This document shows positions 8,627 through 18,360 of a DNA stretch of 64,000 nucleotides, piece by piece (position 1 is the stretch's first letter; every line of letters begins with the position of its first letter). Both the position numbers and the translations under genes were made by a program. The stretch is taken from assembly GCA_027371535.1 (NCBI GenBank), contig DAHXMV010000004.1:3666-67665 (forward strand), in the 5' to 3' direction. Origin of the DNA: Candidatus Amesbacteria bacterium. GTDB lineage: Bacteria; Patescibacteriota; Microgenomatia; CAZETR01; Amesbacteraceae. The notes below the pieces were generated by a model. That model saw only the letters and a program-made list of their open reading frames with translations. It had not been told where the DNA came from and did not search any database.

Positions 8627-8658
8627 CTGGGCAAACTTGAAAACAATTATCCCACAGT

Positions 8659-9369
8659 GTGATGGTTCGTGTAAAATGGGGAGTTATGTGGCCGGCGATT
8701 GTACATTTGGGGAAATTCCAGATCACCTGGTGGTGGTTGTATGTGTTGACGGCGTTGGTCAGTAGCAGTTTTTTAATCTGGCGACGGCTGAGGGAAGATT
8801 ATCCGGATGAGGAAATATTTACTTTTAACGTGTTTGTGCTGGCTGCCGGAATAGCCGGTGCCCTGGCTGCCGGCTGGCTGGAACGTGGATATTTCGGGGC
8901 TTTTTCCGGATGGGGAATGTTTGTTACCGGTACAGCCGCCATTTGGCAATGGTGCAAAAGAAAGAAGTGGGATTTTTGGGATTTATCTGATTATCTGGCG
9001 GTATTGTCCATGTGGCTATGGTTACTCGGCAGCCTGGCTCTGGGGCCGGAACGGAAATTGGATATGGGGTTTGCGGCCGGGGGAATTATTATCCTGTCGG
9101 GGGTGAAAAATAATTATCGGAAGTTCAGATGGTACAAATCTGGTAAAGTGGGTTTGACAGGGTTAATCGGAGTGTTGTATTTTTGTGCGGCTGAAATTTC
9201 TGTTGCAATGCTGTCGCCAATCAAGGTATACTGGGGAGGATTGACGGCTGGCCAATGGATTTCGTCCTGGACTGCGGCTTTTACCCTGGTGGGAATATAC
9301 ATCAGGGCCGGCAGAAAACCCAGGGAGGAGTGGTGGTGGCCGGTTAAAAATAAAATATATGGCAGCTAA
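8659..9369 (+). CDS. Polytopic membrane protein, possibly a short Lgt-like (prolipoprotein diacylglyceryl transferase-like) protein
   Basis: N-terminal LGKFQITWWWLYVLTALVSSSFLIWRR resembles the Lgt Y-G-L-M-Y-L...RR helix. The canonical Lgt GNFIN signature was not found, so the call is tentative. Confidence 0.3.
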   Translation: MMVRVKWGVMWPAIVHLGKFQITWWWLYVLTALVSSSFLIWRRLREDYPDEEIFTFNVFVLAAGIAGALAAGWLERGYFGAFSGWGMFVTGTAAIWQWCKRKKWDFWDLSDYLAVLSMWLWLLGSLALGPERKLDMGFAAGGIIILSGVKNNYRKFRWYKSGKVGLTGLIGVLYFCAAEISVAMLSPIKVYWGGLTAGQWISSWTAAFTLVGIYIRAGRKPREEWWWPVKNKIYGS

Positions 9370-9742
9370 AAAACACCCGATTATTGCGTATCCGGAAGAA
9401 GTCCTGCGTCCGGTCAGGGATTACCTGTCCGGCCGGTTATTTGGCCTGGAAAGGAGAAAAAAAGAGCTGGTTAAGTCGGATCCTTATGAAGATAAGGCCA
9501 GACTGGATGACAATGCGGCAATGGATGCGGATGCGGCTGAAACTACGGGACATATGGAGGTATCAGCTGTTAAACAGGCGATGGACCGGAGCATAATTCA
9601 GGTCCGGAAAGCTCTGTCGAGGATAAAATTCGGTAAGTATGGAGTGTGTGAAAAATGCGGCAAGATGATAGATACGGACAGACTGATGATTATGCCGGAA
9701 ACGACAATCTGTGTTGACTGTGAAAGAAGAAGGGAAAAATAA
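9359..9742 (+). CDS. DksA/TraR-family C4 zinc-finger protein
   Basis: C-terminal CEKCGKMIDTDRLMIMPETTICVDCE (CxxC-17-CxxC) preceded by a coiled-coil region, as in the DksA/TraR fold. Confidence 0.7.
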   Translation: MAAKKHPIIAYPEEVLRPVRDYLSGRLFGLERRKKELVKSDPYEDKARLDDNAAMDADAAETTGHMEVSAVKQAMDRSIIQVRKALSRIKFGKYGVCEKCGKMIDTDRLMIMPETTICVDCERRREK

Positions 9743-9758
9743 CCAGGAGTTATGGGTT

Positions 9759-10469
9759 ATGAGTTGGGAGCCTAAAATAATATTTGAGGATGAGAGCCTG
9801 TGTGTGATTAATAAACCGGCAGGGATGGTGGCGAATAACTCTCAAACCAGCATAGAAGAAACCGTACAGGATTGGTTTGAGAAAAATTACAAGATACAAA
9901 ATCCAAGATACAAAGATACGGAGTTCGGGCAGAAGGGAGGAGTGGTGCACCGGCTGGATAAGGAAACCAGCGGGGTAATGATTCTGGCAAAGACGGAAGC
10001 CGCATACGGGCAACTGAAAATCCAGTTTCTGGAAAGGAAAACGGTGAAGAAATACCTGGCGCTGGTACATGGAGTAATCAATCCGGAAAAGGGGATAATC
10101 AGCCTGCCGGTGGTCAGAAACCCCAAAGCCTGGGGAAAATTTACCGTCGGGTCAGATTTATCCAGGACGGCAATTACGGAATGGAATTTATTAAAGAAAT
10201 TTCCGGAGTTGGCATTTTTGGAGGTACAACCTCTGACGGGCAGGACGCATCAGATCAGGGTCCATATGAAATATCTCGGCTATCCGATAGTTTCCGATCC
10301 GTTGTATGCCGGACGGAAACAATATCAGAGCGACCTGAAATGGTGCCCGAGATTATTTTTACATGCGAATACAATTACCCTGGCACATCCGGTGACAGGT
10401 GCGGTGATGACCTGGACCGGGGAACTACCCGACGATTTACAACAAGTGCTGGCAAAACTGGTAAACTGA
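9759..10469 (+). CDS. RluA-family pseudouridine synthase (no S4 domain)
   Basis: Catalytic HRLDKETSGVMILAKT motif (Asp in HRLD). The start is set at the Met (MSWEPKI) after the DksA stop; the longer ORF from 9711 overlaps DksA. Confidence 0.8.
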   Translation: MSWEPKIIFEDESLCVINKPAGMVANNSQTSIEETVQDWFEKNYKIQNPRYKDTEFGQKGGVVHRLDKETSGVMILAKTEAAYGQLKIQFLERKTVKKYLALVHGVINPEKGIISLPVVRNPKAWGKFTVGSDLSRTAITEWNLLKKFPELAFLEVQPLTGRTHQIRVHMKYLGYPIVSDPLYAGRKQYQSDLKWCPRLFLHANTITLAHPVTGAVMTWTGELPDDLQQVLAKLVN

Positions 10470-10477
10470 ATAAAAGT

Positions 10478-12160
10478 ATGCCGGATGCGTTTACTTCGAT
10501 GGCGGTGATTTTGGGTTTGGCGGCTGCCGGCGGGGTTTTGGCCAGGGCCGTCAGGCAGCCGCCCCTGGTGGGGTATATTCTGGCGGGAGTTTTGCTCACG
10601 TTTTTCGGAGGGAGTATGGGTCAGGGCCAGATTAAAGGGTTACTGGAAACAATGAGCCGGTTGGGAGTCACACTGTTATTATTTTTGGCGGGGCTGGAAC
10701 TGCCTTTGGAAGAACTGAAAAGAATGGGCCGGGTGTCGCTGGTCACGGGTCTCGGACAAATAGCCATTACATCCGTGCTGGGTTTTGGTTTAGCAAGACT
10801 TTTAGGTTTCGGCAGCGTGTCGGCGGTATATATCGGTCTGGCGATGACTTTCGGCAGTACGATACTGGTGGTGAAGCTATTGTCGGAAAAAGGGGAGTTG
10901 CAGAGCCTGCATGGGAAAATTGCGGTGGGATATCTGTTAGTCCAGGATTTTGTAGCCATAGGGTTACTGGTGATTCTGGCCGGATACAACAGCGGTAAAT
11001 TGGATTTACCCGGTTTAGTACTTGTTTTGACCAAAGGGATATTGATGGTGACAACGGCATTATGGGTATCGGAAAAATTCATGGGCCGGATTATGAATTA
11101 CCTGGCCAAGTCGACGGAATTGTTATTTATTTCTTCCATAGGCTGGTGTCTCGTTGTGGCGGCGGTAGTAGCATCACCTTTATTGGGGTTTTCGGTGGAA
11201 ATCGGCGGGTTTCTGGCCGGTCTGGCCCTGGCCAATGCGGCAGAACAATCCCAGATAATATCCAGAGTCAGGCCCCTGAGAGATTTTTTTCTGACCTGGT
11301 TTTTTGTGGCTTTGGGGTCAAATCTGGGCTGGACGGGATGGGAAAAGATCCTGTTTCCGGGGCTGGTAATGACGATTTACGTATTTATCGGCGGACCGGT
11401 AATTGTAATGGCGATTTTGGGGCTGTTAGGTTACAAGAAACGGACCTATTTTATGGCCAGTCTGGCGGTGGCCCAGGTATCAGAGTTTTCCCTGATTCTG
11501 GTGACCAATGCGGTGAATAACGGCCAGGTAGGCCCGGAAATACAGACTCTGGTGACGGCTGTCGGGGTGGTAACCATGACCCTGTCCACTTATCTGATCT
11601 GGCATGCCGATAGCGTGTATAGGAAATTGTCCGGGGTTGTGGGGATATTTGAGAGAAAGGATGCCAAAGAAGATGCTGGGTTTAACCAAATGAAAGAACA
11701 TGTGGTGCTTTTCGGACATAACCGGGTAGGCAGCCGGATCCGGCCGGTGCTGGAAAAAACCGGCTGGGAAGTGGTGGTAGTAGATTTTAATCCGGAAATT
11801 GTTGAAAGTCTCAAAAATTCCGGTGTCAGGGTAATTTATGGAGACATGTCAGATCAGGAATTATACGAAAAGCTGGCTCTTAACGAGGCCAGCCTGATAA
11901 TTTCAACGGTTCCGGATATTACGGAAAATCTGTATTTATTAAAAAGTCTGGGGAAAAGGAAAAGTCAGATGCTGATTTTATCGGCGTCAGATATATCCGA
12001 AGCCCACAGGCTTTATAAGGCAGGGGCTGATTATGTCCTGGTTCCGCATAGTGTGGGCGGGGAATTTTTGGCCCAGACGTTTTTGCATCATAGCCATGGG
12101 CGGGAAGCAAGTGCCAGGCTGGAAAATCTCAGAGACTATTTAAGTAAAGTGACATTATAA
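10478..12160 (+). CDS. CPA2-family (Kef-type) monovalent cation/H+ antiporter with a C-terminal RCK/TrkA-N domain
   Basis: Twelve-TM Na_H exchanger-type core, then a Rossmann GHNRVGSRIRPVLEKTGWEVVVVDFNPE motif (GxGxxG, KTN NAD-binding). The start was moved to the Met at 10478; the upstream 99 codons of the ORF overlap RluA out of frame. Confidence 0.8.
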   Translation: MPDAFTSMAVILGLAAAGGVLARAVRQPPLVGYILAGVLLTFFGGSMGQGQIKGLLETMSRLGVTLLLFLAGLELPLEELKRMGRVSLVTGLGQIAITSVLGFGLARLLGFGSVSAVYIGLAMTFGSTILVVKLLSEKGELQSLHGKIAVGYLLVQDFVAIGLLVILAGYNSGKLDLPGLVLVLTKGILMVTTALWVSEKFMGRIMNYLAKSTELLFISSIGWCLVVAAVVASPLLGFSVEIGGFLAGLALANAAEQSQIISRVRPLRDFFLTWFFVALGSNLGWTGWEKILFPGLVMTIYVFIGGPVIVMAILGLLGYKKRTYFMASLAVAQVSEFSLILVTNAVNNGQVGPEIQTLVTAVGVVTMTLSTYLIWHADSVYRKLSGVVGIFERKDAKEDAGFNQMKEHVVLFGHNRVGSRIRPVLEKTGWEVVVVDFNPEIVESLKNSGVRVIYGDMSDQELYEKLALNEASLIISTVPDITENLYLLKSLGKRKSQMLILSASDISEAHRLYKAGADYVLVPHSVGGEFLAQTFLHHSHGREASARLENLRDYLSKVTL

Positions 12161-12168
12161 TTCAACCG

Positions 12169-12999
12169 ATGAGAAAATTTTTGGGTTGGGTGGTTCTTGT
12201 CGGCGTTTTGGTAGCCGGGGCAATACTGGCAGGCCAGGTAGCCAACGCCTGGAACAACAGACACTGGGACGGACGGAACAGGTTTACCCTCATTTCCATG
12301 AATAAAAAAGATCAGACAGCCGAGCTTTACAGTATAGATCCGGAATCAGGACAGGCTATTCATCTGGTATTGCCGTCGGAAATGGAAGTGGACACCATCG
12401 GCGGCAGGGGAGTATGGAAGATCAGTGCAGTAGTGTCCCTGGCAGATAAATACGGACCGGTTTGGGCAGCTGATTCCATTGCCAATTTCCTGGATATTCC
12501 TTATACGGCAGTGAAAGAAAAGATCGATGTTTGGGATAAACTATCCTGGTGGAATCTGAGCCGGGGGGTAGATTTTCAGGACATCAGTTTAAAAAATACC
12601 GATCTGGTAAGGAAAATTGAGACACCGGACGGAGAGACAGTATTGGGGTTGACCAGCTGGTGGCAGAATAAAGCCGGTGATTTGTTTTATTCATCAAATT
12701 TAGCCAAGGAGGAGCTGAATGTGGAAGTATATAACACCACCAACGTGACCGGGTTGGCATCCAGAGTAGCCCAGCTTTTGGAAAATGCGGGGGTAAAAGT
12801 TACCATCACCGGAGAAGCTGGCGAAATAGCCGGCAGATGTCAGGTGGCCAGCTCACATCAGATGGTGTCAGATCCCGGGGTTGAATGGATTACCCGGTTT
12901 ATGTCATGCAGTCGGATAGAAAAAAATGATCTGGATACAAAACAGGTGCAGATATATTTAGGTAATGATTATGTCAGCTGGCTGAAGGGAGCGTTCTAG
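12169..12999 (+). CDS. Membrane-anchored protein with a LytR_C (LytR/CpsA/Psr C-terminal) domain
   Basis: N-terminal TM helix. C-terminal VEVYNTTNVTGLASRVAQLLENAGVKV matches the LytR_C consensus (V.V.NGtg..GlA......L...G..v). Confidence 0.45.
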   Translation: MRKFLGWVVLVGVLVAGAILAGQVANAWNNRHWDGRNRFTLISMNKKDQTAELYSIDPESGQAIHLVLPSEMEVDTIGGRGVWKISAVVSLADKYGPVWAADSIANFLDIPYTAVKEKIDVWDKLSWWNLSRGVDFQDISLKNTDLVRKIETPDGETVLGLTSWWQNKAGDLFYSSNLAKEELNVEVYNTTNVTGLASRVAQLLENAGVKVTITGEAGEIAGRCQVASSHQMVSDPGVEWITRFMSCSRIEKNDLDTKQVQIYLGNDYVSWLKGAF

Positions 13000-13006
13000 C
13001 AGGCAA

Positions 13007-13813
13007 TCAATTGTCGCTGTCAGAGTCGATTGCTGCCCGGACAGCGTCTTCGTTTTCCAGGTTTTCCAGTTCTTTTTCAGGATTAGGGATAACTTCATTA
13101 TCTTCTTCGGGAGTAGATATATCAGGCTTATCCAAATCATGGTAGACCAGTTCCGGAGGGGTAAAAGCGGCATAATTAAGTTTTTCGGTAGAAGGAAACG
13201 AGGGGATGTTTCTGTATTTGGGGACCCGTCTGACTTCCTTGATAAAGATTTTCAGACTTTGTTTATCCTGTGACTTACTGAGAAAGTCGACGGATTTCAG
13301 CCAAGCTTGGTAGATATTACCGGCTTTGATAAACGGGCGCAGCCGGGAAGCCAGATCATCAGGCAGGCGGCCTAAATATTCCTGGGCCCGGTTTACAATT
13401 GAGACACAGTGTTCTCTGGCTACCAGAAAGACTTCATCTCCGGGCTGGAGGCGGCTTAAGATTTTATTGTCTCCCAAACGGGTCAGACTGACAGTTTTGG
13501 TGGTACCCGGTTCCTCCAAAAATGCCGAGGAAAAATCAGGCGGCGGTGCGGTTCCGGTATTTCGATCTGCCCGGTAGCTTTTGACAGATTCCAGCCCCTT
13601 AATGGCTATAGTATTATATTTGTCTATTTTAAGGACTTTTTTGTACATCAATTCGGATTTGGTCTTGAGTCCTGATTGGAGGTAGGCTTTGGCCAGGCGG
13701 TTTAAGGCTTCCGTATCCAACGGGCGATTTTTGAGAATCCGGAGGTTTAAATTAATGGCTTCTTTCCAGTTGTGGTTTAAGGAAGCCTGAATGGCAAGGT
13801 TTACAGGATCCAT
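13007..13813 (-). CDS. TPR-repeat protein with an acidic C-terminus; unknown function
   Basis: The N-terminal 100 aa contain TPR-like helical repeats (WKEAINLNLRILKNRPLDTEALNRLAKAYLQSG...). The DSDSDN tail is acidic. Confidence 0.35.
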   Translation of the reverse strand: MDPVNLAIQASLNHNWKEAINLNLRILKNRPLDTEALNRLAKAYLQSGLKTKSELMYKKVLKIDKYNTIAIKGLESVKSYRADRNTGTAPPPDFSSAFLEEPGTTKTVSLTRLGDNKILSRLQPGDEVFLVAREHCVSIVNRAQEYLGRLPDDLASRLRPFIKAGNIYQAWLKSVDFLSKSQDKQSLKIFIKEVRRVPKYRNIPSFPSTEKLNYAAFTPPELVYHDLDKPDISTPEEDNEVIPNPEKELENLENEDAVRAAIDSDSDN

Positions 13814-13897
13814 AACTATACTCCAGCAAAGTATATATGGCGTTTAGGAAAATGCAACAGCAAAATGAACCGGGCTTGGTGGTAAAATCAGGATGTC

Positions 13898-14626
13898 ATG
13901 TCAGGGCATTCCAAATGGGCGACTACACACCGGCAGAAAGAGGCAAAAGATGCCAAGCGGGGGGCAATATTTACCAAATTAGCAGCCCAGATTGCAGTAG
14001 CTGTCAGAGAGGGCGGGGGGGTCGGCGATCCGGATAAGAATTTCCGGTTAAGGCTGGTAATGGATAAAGCCAGGGAATTCAATATGCCCAAGGACAATAT
14101 CTCCCGGGCTATTGAAAAGGGGATGGGGACCGCGGGAGGGGAAGCTTTGGTAAATGTGACATATGAAGGTTTTGTTCCCGGCGGAGCAGCAGTGATGATC
14201 GAAACTGTGACAGATAATAAAGCCAGGACGGTTCAGCTGGTCCGGAACGTGATGGAAAACGGAGGCGGAACATTGGGAGGCAGCGGAGCTGTCAGCTATC
14301 TGTTTATACCTTTGGGGGAGCTGGTAATGGATACTGAAGGGAAAAATGCCGAACAGGCAGAACTGGATGCCATTGATGCCGGAGTCAATGATTTTGAAGC
14401 TGACGGACTGAAGCTCATTCTTTACTGCGACCGCGATAAAATCTTTTTACTGAAAGAGGCGATGGAAAAAAAAGGTTACCGGGTAGAGTCGGCAGAATTG
14501 GTGATGAAACCAGAGGTTTTAGTGGAAGTTACCGACCCGGATGTCCGGGGAAAAGTGGAAAATCTACTCGAGAAAATAGAAGAACTGGATGATGTGTCCA
14601 AAGTCTGGACAAATTACGCCGGATAA
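13898..14626 (+). CDS. yebC: YebC/PmpR-family probable transcriptional regulator
   Basis: MSGHSKWATTHRQKEAKDAKRGAIFTKL is the diagnostic YebC N-terminus (GHSKW). Full-length at 242 aa. Confidence 0.9.
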   Translation: MSGHSKWATTHRQKEAKDAKRGAIFTKLAAQIAVAVREGGGVGDPDKNFRLRLVMDKAREFNMPKDNISRAIEKGMGTAGGEALVNVTYEGFVPGGAAVMIETVTDNKARTVQLVRNVMENGGGTLGGSGAVSYLFIPLGELVMDTEGKNAEQAELDAIDAGVNDFEADGLKLILYCDRDKIFLLKEAMEKKGYRVESAELVMKPEVLVEVTDPDVRGKVENLLEKIEELDDVSKVWTNYAG

Positions 14627-14637
14627 CAATTGAAACT

Positions 14638-15408
14638 ATGAGGAAACGGCAGAAATTAGTACTCACGGCTTTTACCCTGGCGGTTTTGTTGTTGGTAATC
14701 CAGTCGGTTAACCTGGACATCAGATATCTGTTAATCGGGGTGCTGGCGGTTTTCAGCTGGTTATTGTCCGCATGGGCTCTGAAAGAAGGATTGGTAGGGA
14801 TTGAATGGCTGACGGTGACCCTGCCGTCGGCGTTATTCACTGCCAGTGTGGGATTATTTTATATTCTGCTGCCGCAATCTGTCTGGGCCAGAGGCTTAAT
14901 AGCAGTAATTTTTGGGATAGGGCAGTACGCCCTGTTGCTATCGGCGAATATATTCTCGGTGGCGGCTATTCGGACTATCGCCCTTTTTCGGGCGGCTTCA
15001 GCAGTAGGTTTTGTGATGACTCTGGTAACGGGTTTTTTCCTTTTTGATACCATTCTGTCTTTCAGGTTTGAGTTTTATGTTATCGGCCTGTTAGTCATGC
15101 TGACCAGTTTCTGCCTGACTTTGCCTGCCTTGTGGTCGGTAGAGCTATTACCCAAATTAAACGCCCGTACAATGGTCTTTTCCGTATTTCTGGCTTTTTC
15201 GATGGGGATGTTTTCGGTAGCGGTGAGTTTTTGGCCGATTAGTACCTCGGTGGCGTCGCTTTTTTTATCAACCATGCTGTATGTGGTGCTGGGTTTGTCC
15301 CAACATCATTTTTCGGAAAGATTATTTAACCGGACGGTGTGGGAATATGTGGTAGTGGGCCTGGTAGTCACTGCCACCATGTTGCTGACAGTGGGGTGGG
15401 GAGTGTAA
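14638..15408 (+). CDS. Polytopic membrane protein (about 8 TM), unknown function
   Basis: Hydropathy only. Confidence 0.4.
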   Translation: MRKRQKLVLTAFTLAVLLLVIQSVNLDIRYLLIGVLAVFSWLLSAWALKEGLVGIEWLTVTLPSALFTASVGLFYILLPQSVWARGLIAVIFGIGQYALLLSANIFSVAAIRTIALFRAASAVGFVMTLVTGFFLFDTILSFRFEFYVIGLLVMLTSFCLTLPALWSVELLPKLNARTMVFSVFLAFSMGMFSVAVSFWPISTSVASLFLSTMLYVVLGLSQHHFSERLFNRTVWEYVVVGLVVTATMLLTVGWGV

Positions 15409-15417
15409 AATATAGCT

Positions 15418-15708
15418 ATGTCTTTGGAGTCTGTTGAGTCGTTGTCCGATGAAAATACGGTCCGGAAGGTTAAAGGAGGATATTTGTTAGTCACCCCCAC
15501 CGGAATGGAAATCAAATTAGAGCGTAATCGGACTACTCCCGGAACCTGGGGCTGGTGGGAAAAAAACAGATGGGGGAGGAAGACTGCCTGGCATCAGGTT
15601 GATGTGCATGGAGTTTCAGAGAATACGACAACAAGCCAATCTCAAACAAGCCAACTGCCAAAGCTACCGGATTTGGACACTGATAATATGTGGTGGCTAA
15701 AAGATTAG
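15418..15708 (+). CDS. Hypothetical small Trp-rich protein
   Basis: ORF only. Its stop overlaps the first copy of an 11-bp direct repeat. Confidence 0.3.
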   Translation: MSLESVESLSDENTVRKVKGGYLLVTPTGMEIKLERNRTTPGTWGWWEKNRWGRKTAWHQVDVHGVSENTTTSQSQTSQLPKLPDLDTDNMWWLKD

Positions 15709-16103
15709 GGGATAGAGGAGAGATAGCCCTATAGTATTATTGGTTTTTTCACGAGGTTAGGGGATAGTTTTCACATTTTATCGCGATAAATCGGCATAAA
15801 TAGCTCCAGATGATATAGTTTGATGGTAAAATATTTACACACCGGAGTAGCTGCTGATGTGGATAAGTGTCAGACGGTTAGAAGGAGTGAAGTAAGAGTA
15901 GTCAGTTATTAGTTATCAGAGTAATTAATTAAAAGTTAATAGAAGTAAATAAATAAACTAATAAACTACTAAGATTATATATTAGTATTCTGATCCTCTC
16001 TTTGTTCCGATAGATGTAATTTACATATATAAATAACTGAGTATAATATCTCTAACACTCGGTTTCTCATGTTGAGAGAAGTCTGAGCATTACAGCCAGT
16101 TAG

Positions 16104-17084
16104 ATGTACAATCATTTTATGGATGATGATAAAACAACCAAGTTTAATCGAGCCTGGTTACCCTACTTTGATGACTTCCTCCTGTATATTAAGACCCAAA
16201 ATTATTCCGAAGAAACTTTGTATAATTATGAACGGGATTTAAGATATCTGATAAACTTTCTGGATGACGAAAAACTGCACTACAAAGCCCTAAATAAACA
16301 AGTTTTTAACCGTTTCAAGGCATGGTTAATCAGCCGGGACAGAAAACTGCCGATTACGGGGCTTACAGCGGGTCGCAGCCTTGAGCCAGGCTCAATAAAC
16401 AGGTGTTTATCGTCAATCCGTACCTATTTGAGGTACCTGATAGATATAGACCAAAAAGTTCCGGTTCCCCCCGATGCCATAAAAATGGTAAAGGCCCCAA
16501 TAAAACATAAACAAGTGGCGGAATTGGACGATCTGATCCGTCTGGTTGAATCACCGGAAAAATTTGAAAAAGATGTTTTGATCGGTTTGAGAAACCGGGT
16601 GATGCTGGAAGTATTAATTTCCACCGGGATGAGAATTTCGGAGCTGGTATCACTGAATAAAAACCAACTGGACGGGACCGGCCGGTTATTTATCAGGGGT
16701 AAAGGCAAAAAAGAAAGATTTGTGTATCTGACGGATCGGGCAACCAAGTGGCTGAATCTATATCTGTCCAAGCGGGACGATACAGCCCCGGCGATGTTTG
16801 TGCCATACAGGGGACTTAACGGGGGGAAAATAACCCGAAGGGTCTCCCCTAACTATTTACAGGCAAAAATCAAGATATACAGGGAAAAGTTAAAAATAAA
16901 TGTGCCGACTTCGGCACATTCCCTGCGGCACGGATTTGCCACATACCTGGCCGAATCGGGAGCCAATCCGGCGGCAATACAGGTACTTCTGGGCCATGAG
17001 TCGCTTGATACGACTACCAGATATGTACATGCTTCTGATAAGTTTGCCGAAGAAACGCATAGAAAATTCCACCCCGTAAAATAA
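16104..17084 (+). CDS. Tyrosine site-specific recombinase/integrase (XerC/XerD family)
   Basis: N-terminal core-binding domain (LLYIKTQNYSEETLYNYERDLRYL). Catalytic region HSLRHGFATYLAESGANPAAIQVLLGHESLDTTTRYVHA shows the R..H..R..Y motif. The gene is flanked by AT-rich non-coding stretches of about 400 bp (5') and about 230 bp (3'). Confidence 0.85.
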   Translation: MYNHFMDDDKTTKFNRAWLPYFDDFLLYIKTQNYSEETLYNYERDLRYLINFLDDEKLHYKALNKQVFNRFKAWLISRDRKLPITGLTAGRSLEPGSINRCLSSIRTYLRYLIDIDQKVPVPPDAIKMVKAPIKHKQVAELDDLIRLVESPEKFEKDVLIGLRNRVMLEVLISTGMRISELVSLNKNQLDGTGRLFIRGKGKKERFVYLTDRATKWLNLYLSKRDDTAPAMFVPYRGLNGGKITRRVSPNYLQAKIKIYREKLKINVPTSAHSLRHGFATYLAESGANPAAIQVLLGHESLDTTTRYVHASDKFAEETHRKFHPVK

Positions 17085-17316
17085 TCCGGACTCCCCTACC
17101 CTCTCCCCTGCCCGTGAAAAATATATGTGTGAAAAACACCGATAAATAGGCAAATTTAGCCCCTTAACTGATGAATAGGATTAGGCAAAAAATATTTTTA
17201 TTATTTAGGCATAAACACGGTAATAAATGTCTATGTGAAGACATTATATAATTTGACAGGAGTTTTATATTTAATACAAACTACAATTATATATATCTCT
17301 GTGTAACAAAATATAA

Positions 17317-18360
17317 ATGAAAGTGACAGTAATTTATAATCAGGGCAGTCTTTTTGAGACAAATTCCGAACAGCAGATCGCCGACAGGGATACATATCTG
17401 TCGGCAAAGCAGGTTTATGACTCGTTAGTCAGAAATGGCCATACAGCCGTATTATATGAAATGCGGCCGGATAATTATGAGATGATCAGTAAAATTAAAA
17501 CCGAGGTGATTTTTAATCTCTGTGAATGGTCCGGAAGAGATTACCCACTGGCTATCAAAGTGCTGGAAATACTTGAGACCATGAATATTCCGTTTACCGG
17601 CACCAATAAAGCATCCATGAAATGGAGCGCGGATAAGGTAGTGATGAAAGGATTATTTGAAAAATACAAAATTCCCACACCGGCATATGTGATATATAAA
17701 AAAAGCCCGGGGAACAGGCCGCTTAAAAAATCGGACAGTATCCCCTACCCCCTCCTGATCAAACCGGCGCTGGAACATTGCGGAATCGGTATTCATCAGA
17801 GTTCGATCGTCCCGAATTATCGGGAACTGAAAAAGAGAGTGGCCCGACTGCGGGATTTATACAAGCAGCCGATACTGGTTGAGGAATACATTGAGGGAAG
17901 GGAAATTCAGGTGACGGTAATAAATAACGGAGAGATAAAAATTTTACCTCCGGCTGAAATTATATTCAGCGATAAGCCCGGGATGAAGAAAATATTTTCA
18001 TTTGAGAGCAAGTGGCAAAATGAGCGGGAAGAATCCAATTATGAAAAAACCATTGTGGCAAAAATGGACCGGCGGCTGAAAATTAAGATGATGAATTTAT
18101 GCAAGAAAATATATACAGAACTGAATTGCGTGGCTTATATCAGAATAGATACCCGGGTAAGGGACGGCCAAATATTTGTTCTGGAAGTAAATGTGGATCC
18201 GGGATTGGATGCGGATCCGGAATACGGGATGTATGCATCCTGTATTGCCGAGGGCTGGAGTTTTGACGGGCTGGTAGAAGAAATAGTTAAAGCAGCTTTA
18301 TTACGGTTCGATAAGGAAAATATTATCAGAAGCACTTATGAAAATAGGAATATTGTATAA
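17317..18360 (+). CDS. ATP-grasp ligase, D-Ala-D-Ala-ligase (Ddl) superfamily, non-canonical paralog 1
   Basis: The C-terminal half matches the Ddl ATP-grasp core (LVEEYIEGREIQVTVINNG...AYIRIDTRVRDGQIFVLEVNVDPGLD, cf. Ddl EEFI.GrE..v.vl......RvDf...dg.pyllEvNt.PG). The N-terminus is unlike canonical Ddl. Confidence 0.7.
   Translation: MKVTVIYNQGSLFETNSEQQIADRDTYLSAKQVYDSLVRNGHTAVLYEMRPDNYEMISKIKTEVIFNLCEWSGRDYPLAIKVLEILETMNIPFTGTNKASMKWSADKVVMKGLFEKYKIPTPAYVIYKKSPGNRPLKKSDSIPYPLLIKPALEHCGIGIHQSSIVPNYRELKKRVARLRDLYKQPILVEEYIEGREIQVTVINNGEIKILPPAEIIFSDKPGMKKIFSFESKWQNEREESNYEKTIVAKMDRRLKIKMMNLCKKIYTELNCVAYIRIDTRVRDGQIFVLEVNVDPGLDADPEYGMYASCIAEGWSFDGLVEEIVKAALLRFDKENIIRSTYENRNIV

Noticed and set aside
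8541-8726. 61-aa minus-strand ORF
   Set aside because: Overlaps tRNA-Leu on the same strand.
10181-10477. N-terminal 99 codons of the 659-aa ORF annotated as the antiporter
   Set aside because: This part overlaps the RluA gene in another frame and is non-hydrophobic. The transporter's hydrophobic core begins at the Met at 10478, so the start was moved there.
16104-17084. Calling the recombinase specifically XerC or XerD (chromosome dimer resolution)
   Set aside because: AT-rich flanks, lower GC and adjacency to a probable accessory cassette make a mobile-element integrase equally likely. A dif site cannot be verified without tools, so the gene symbol is left empty.
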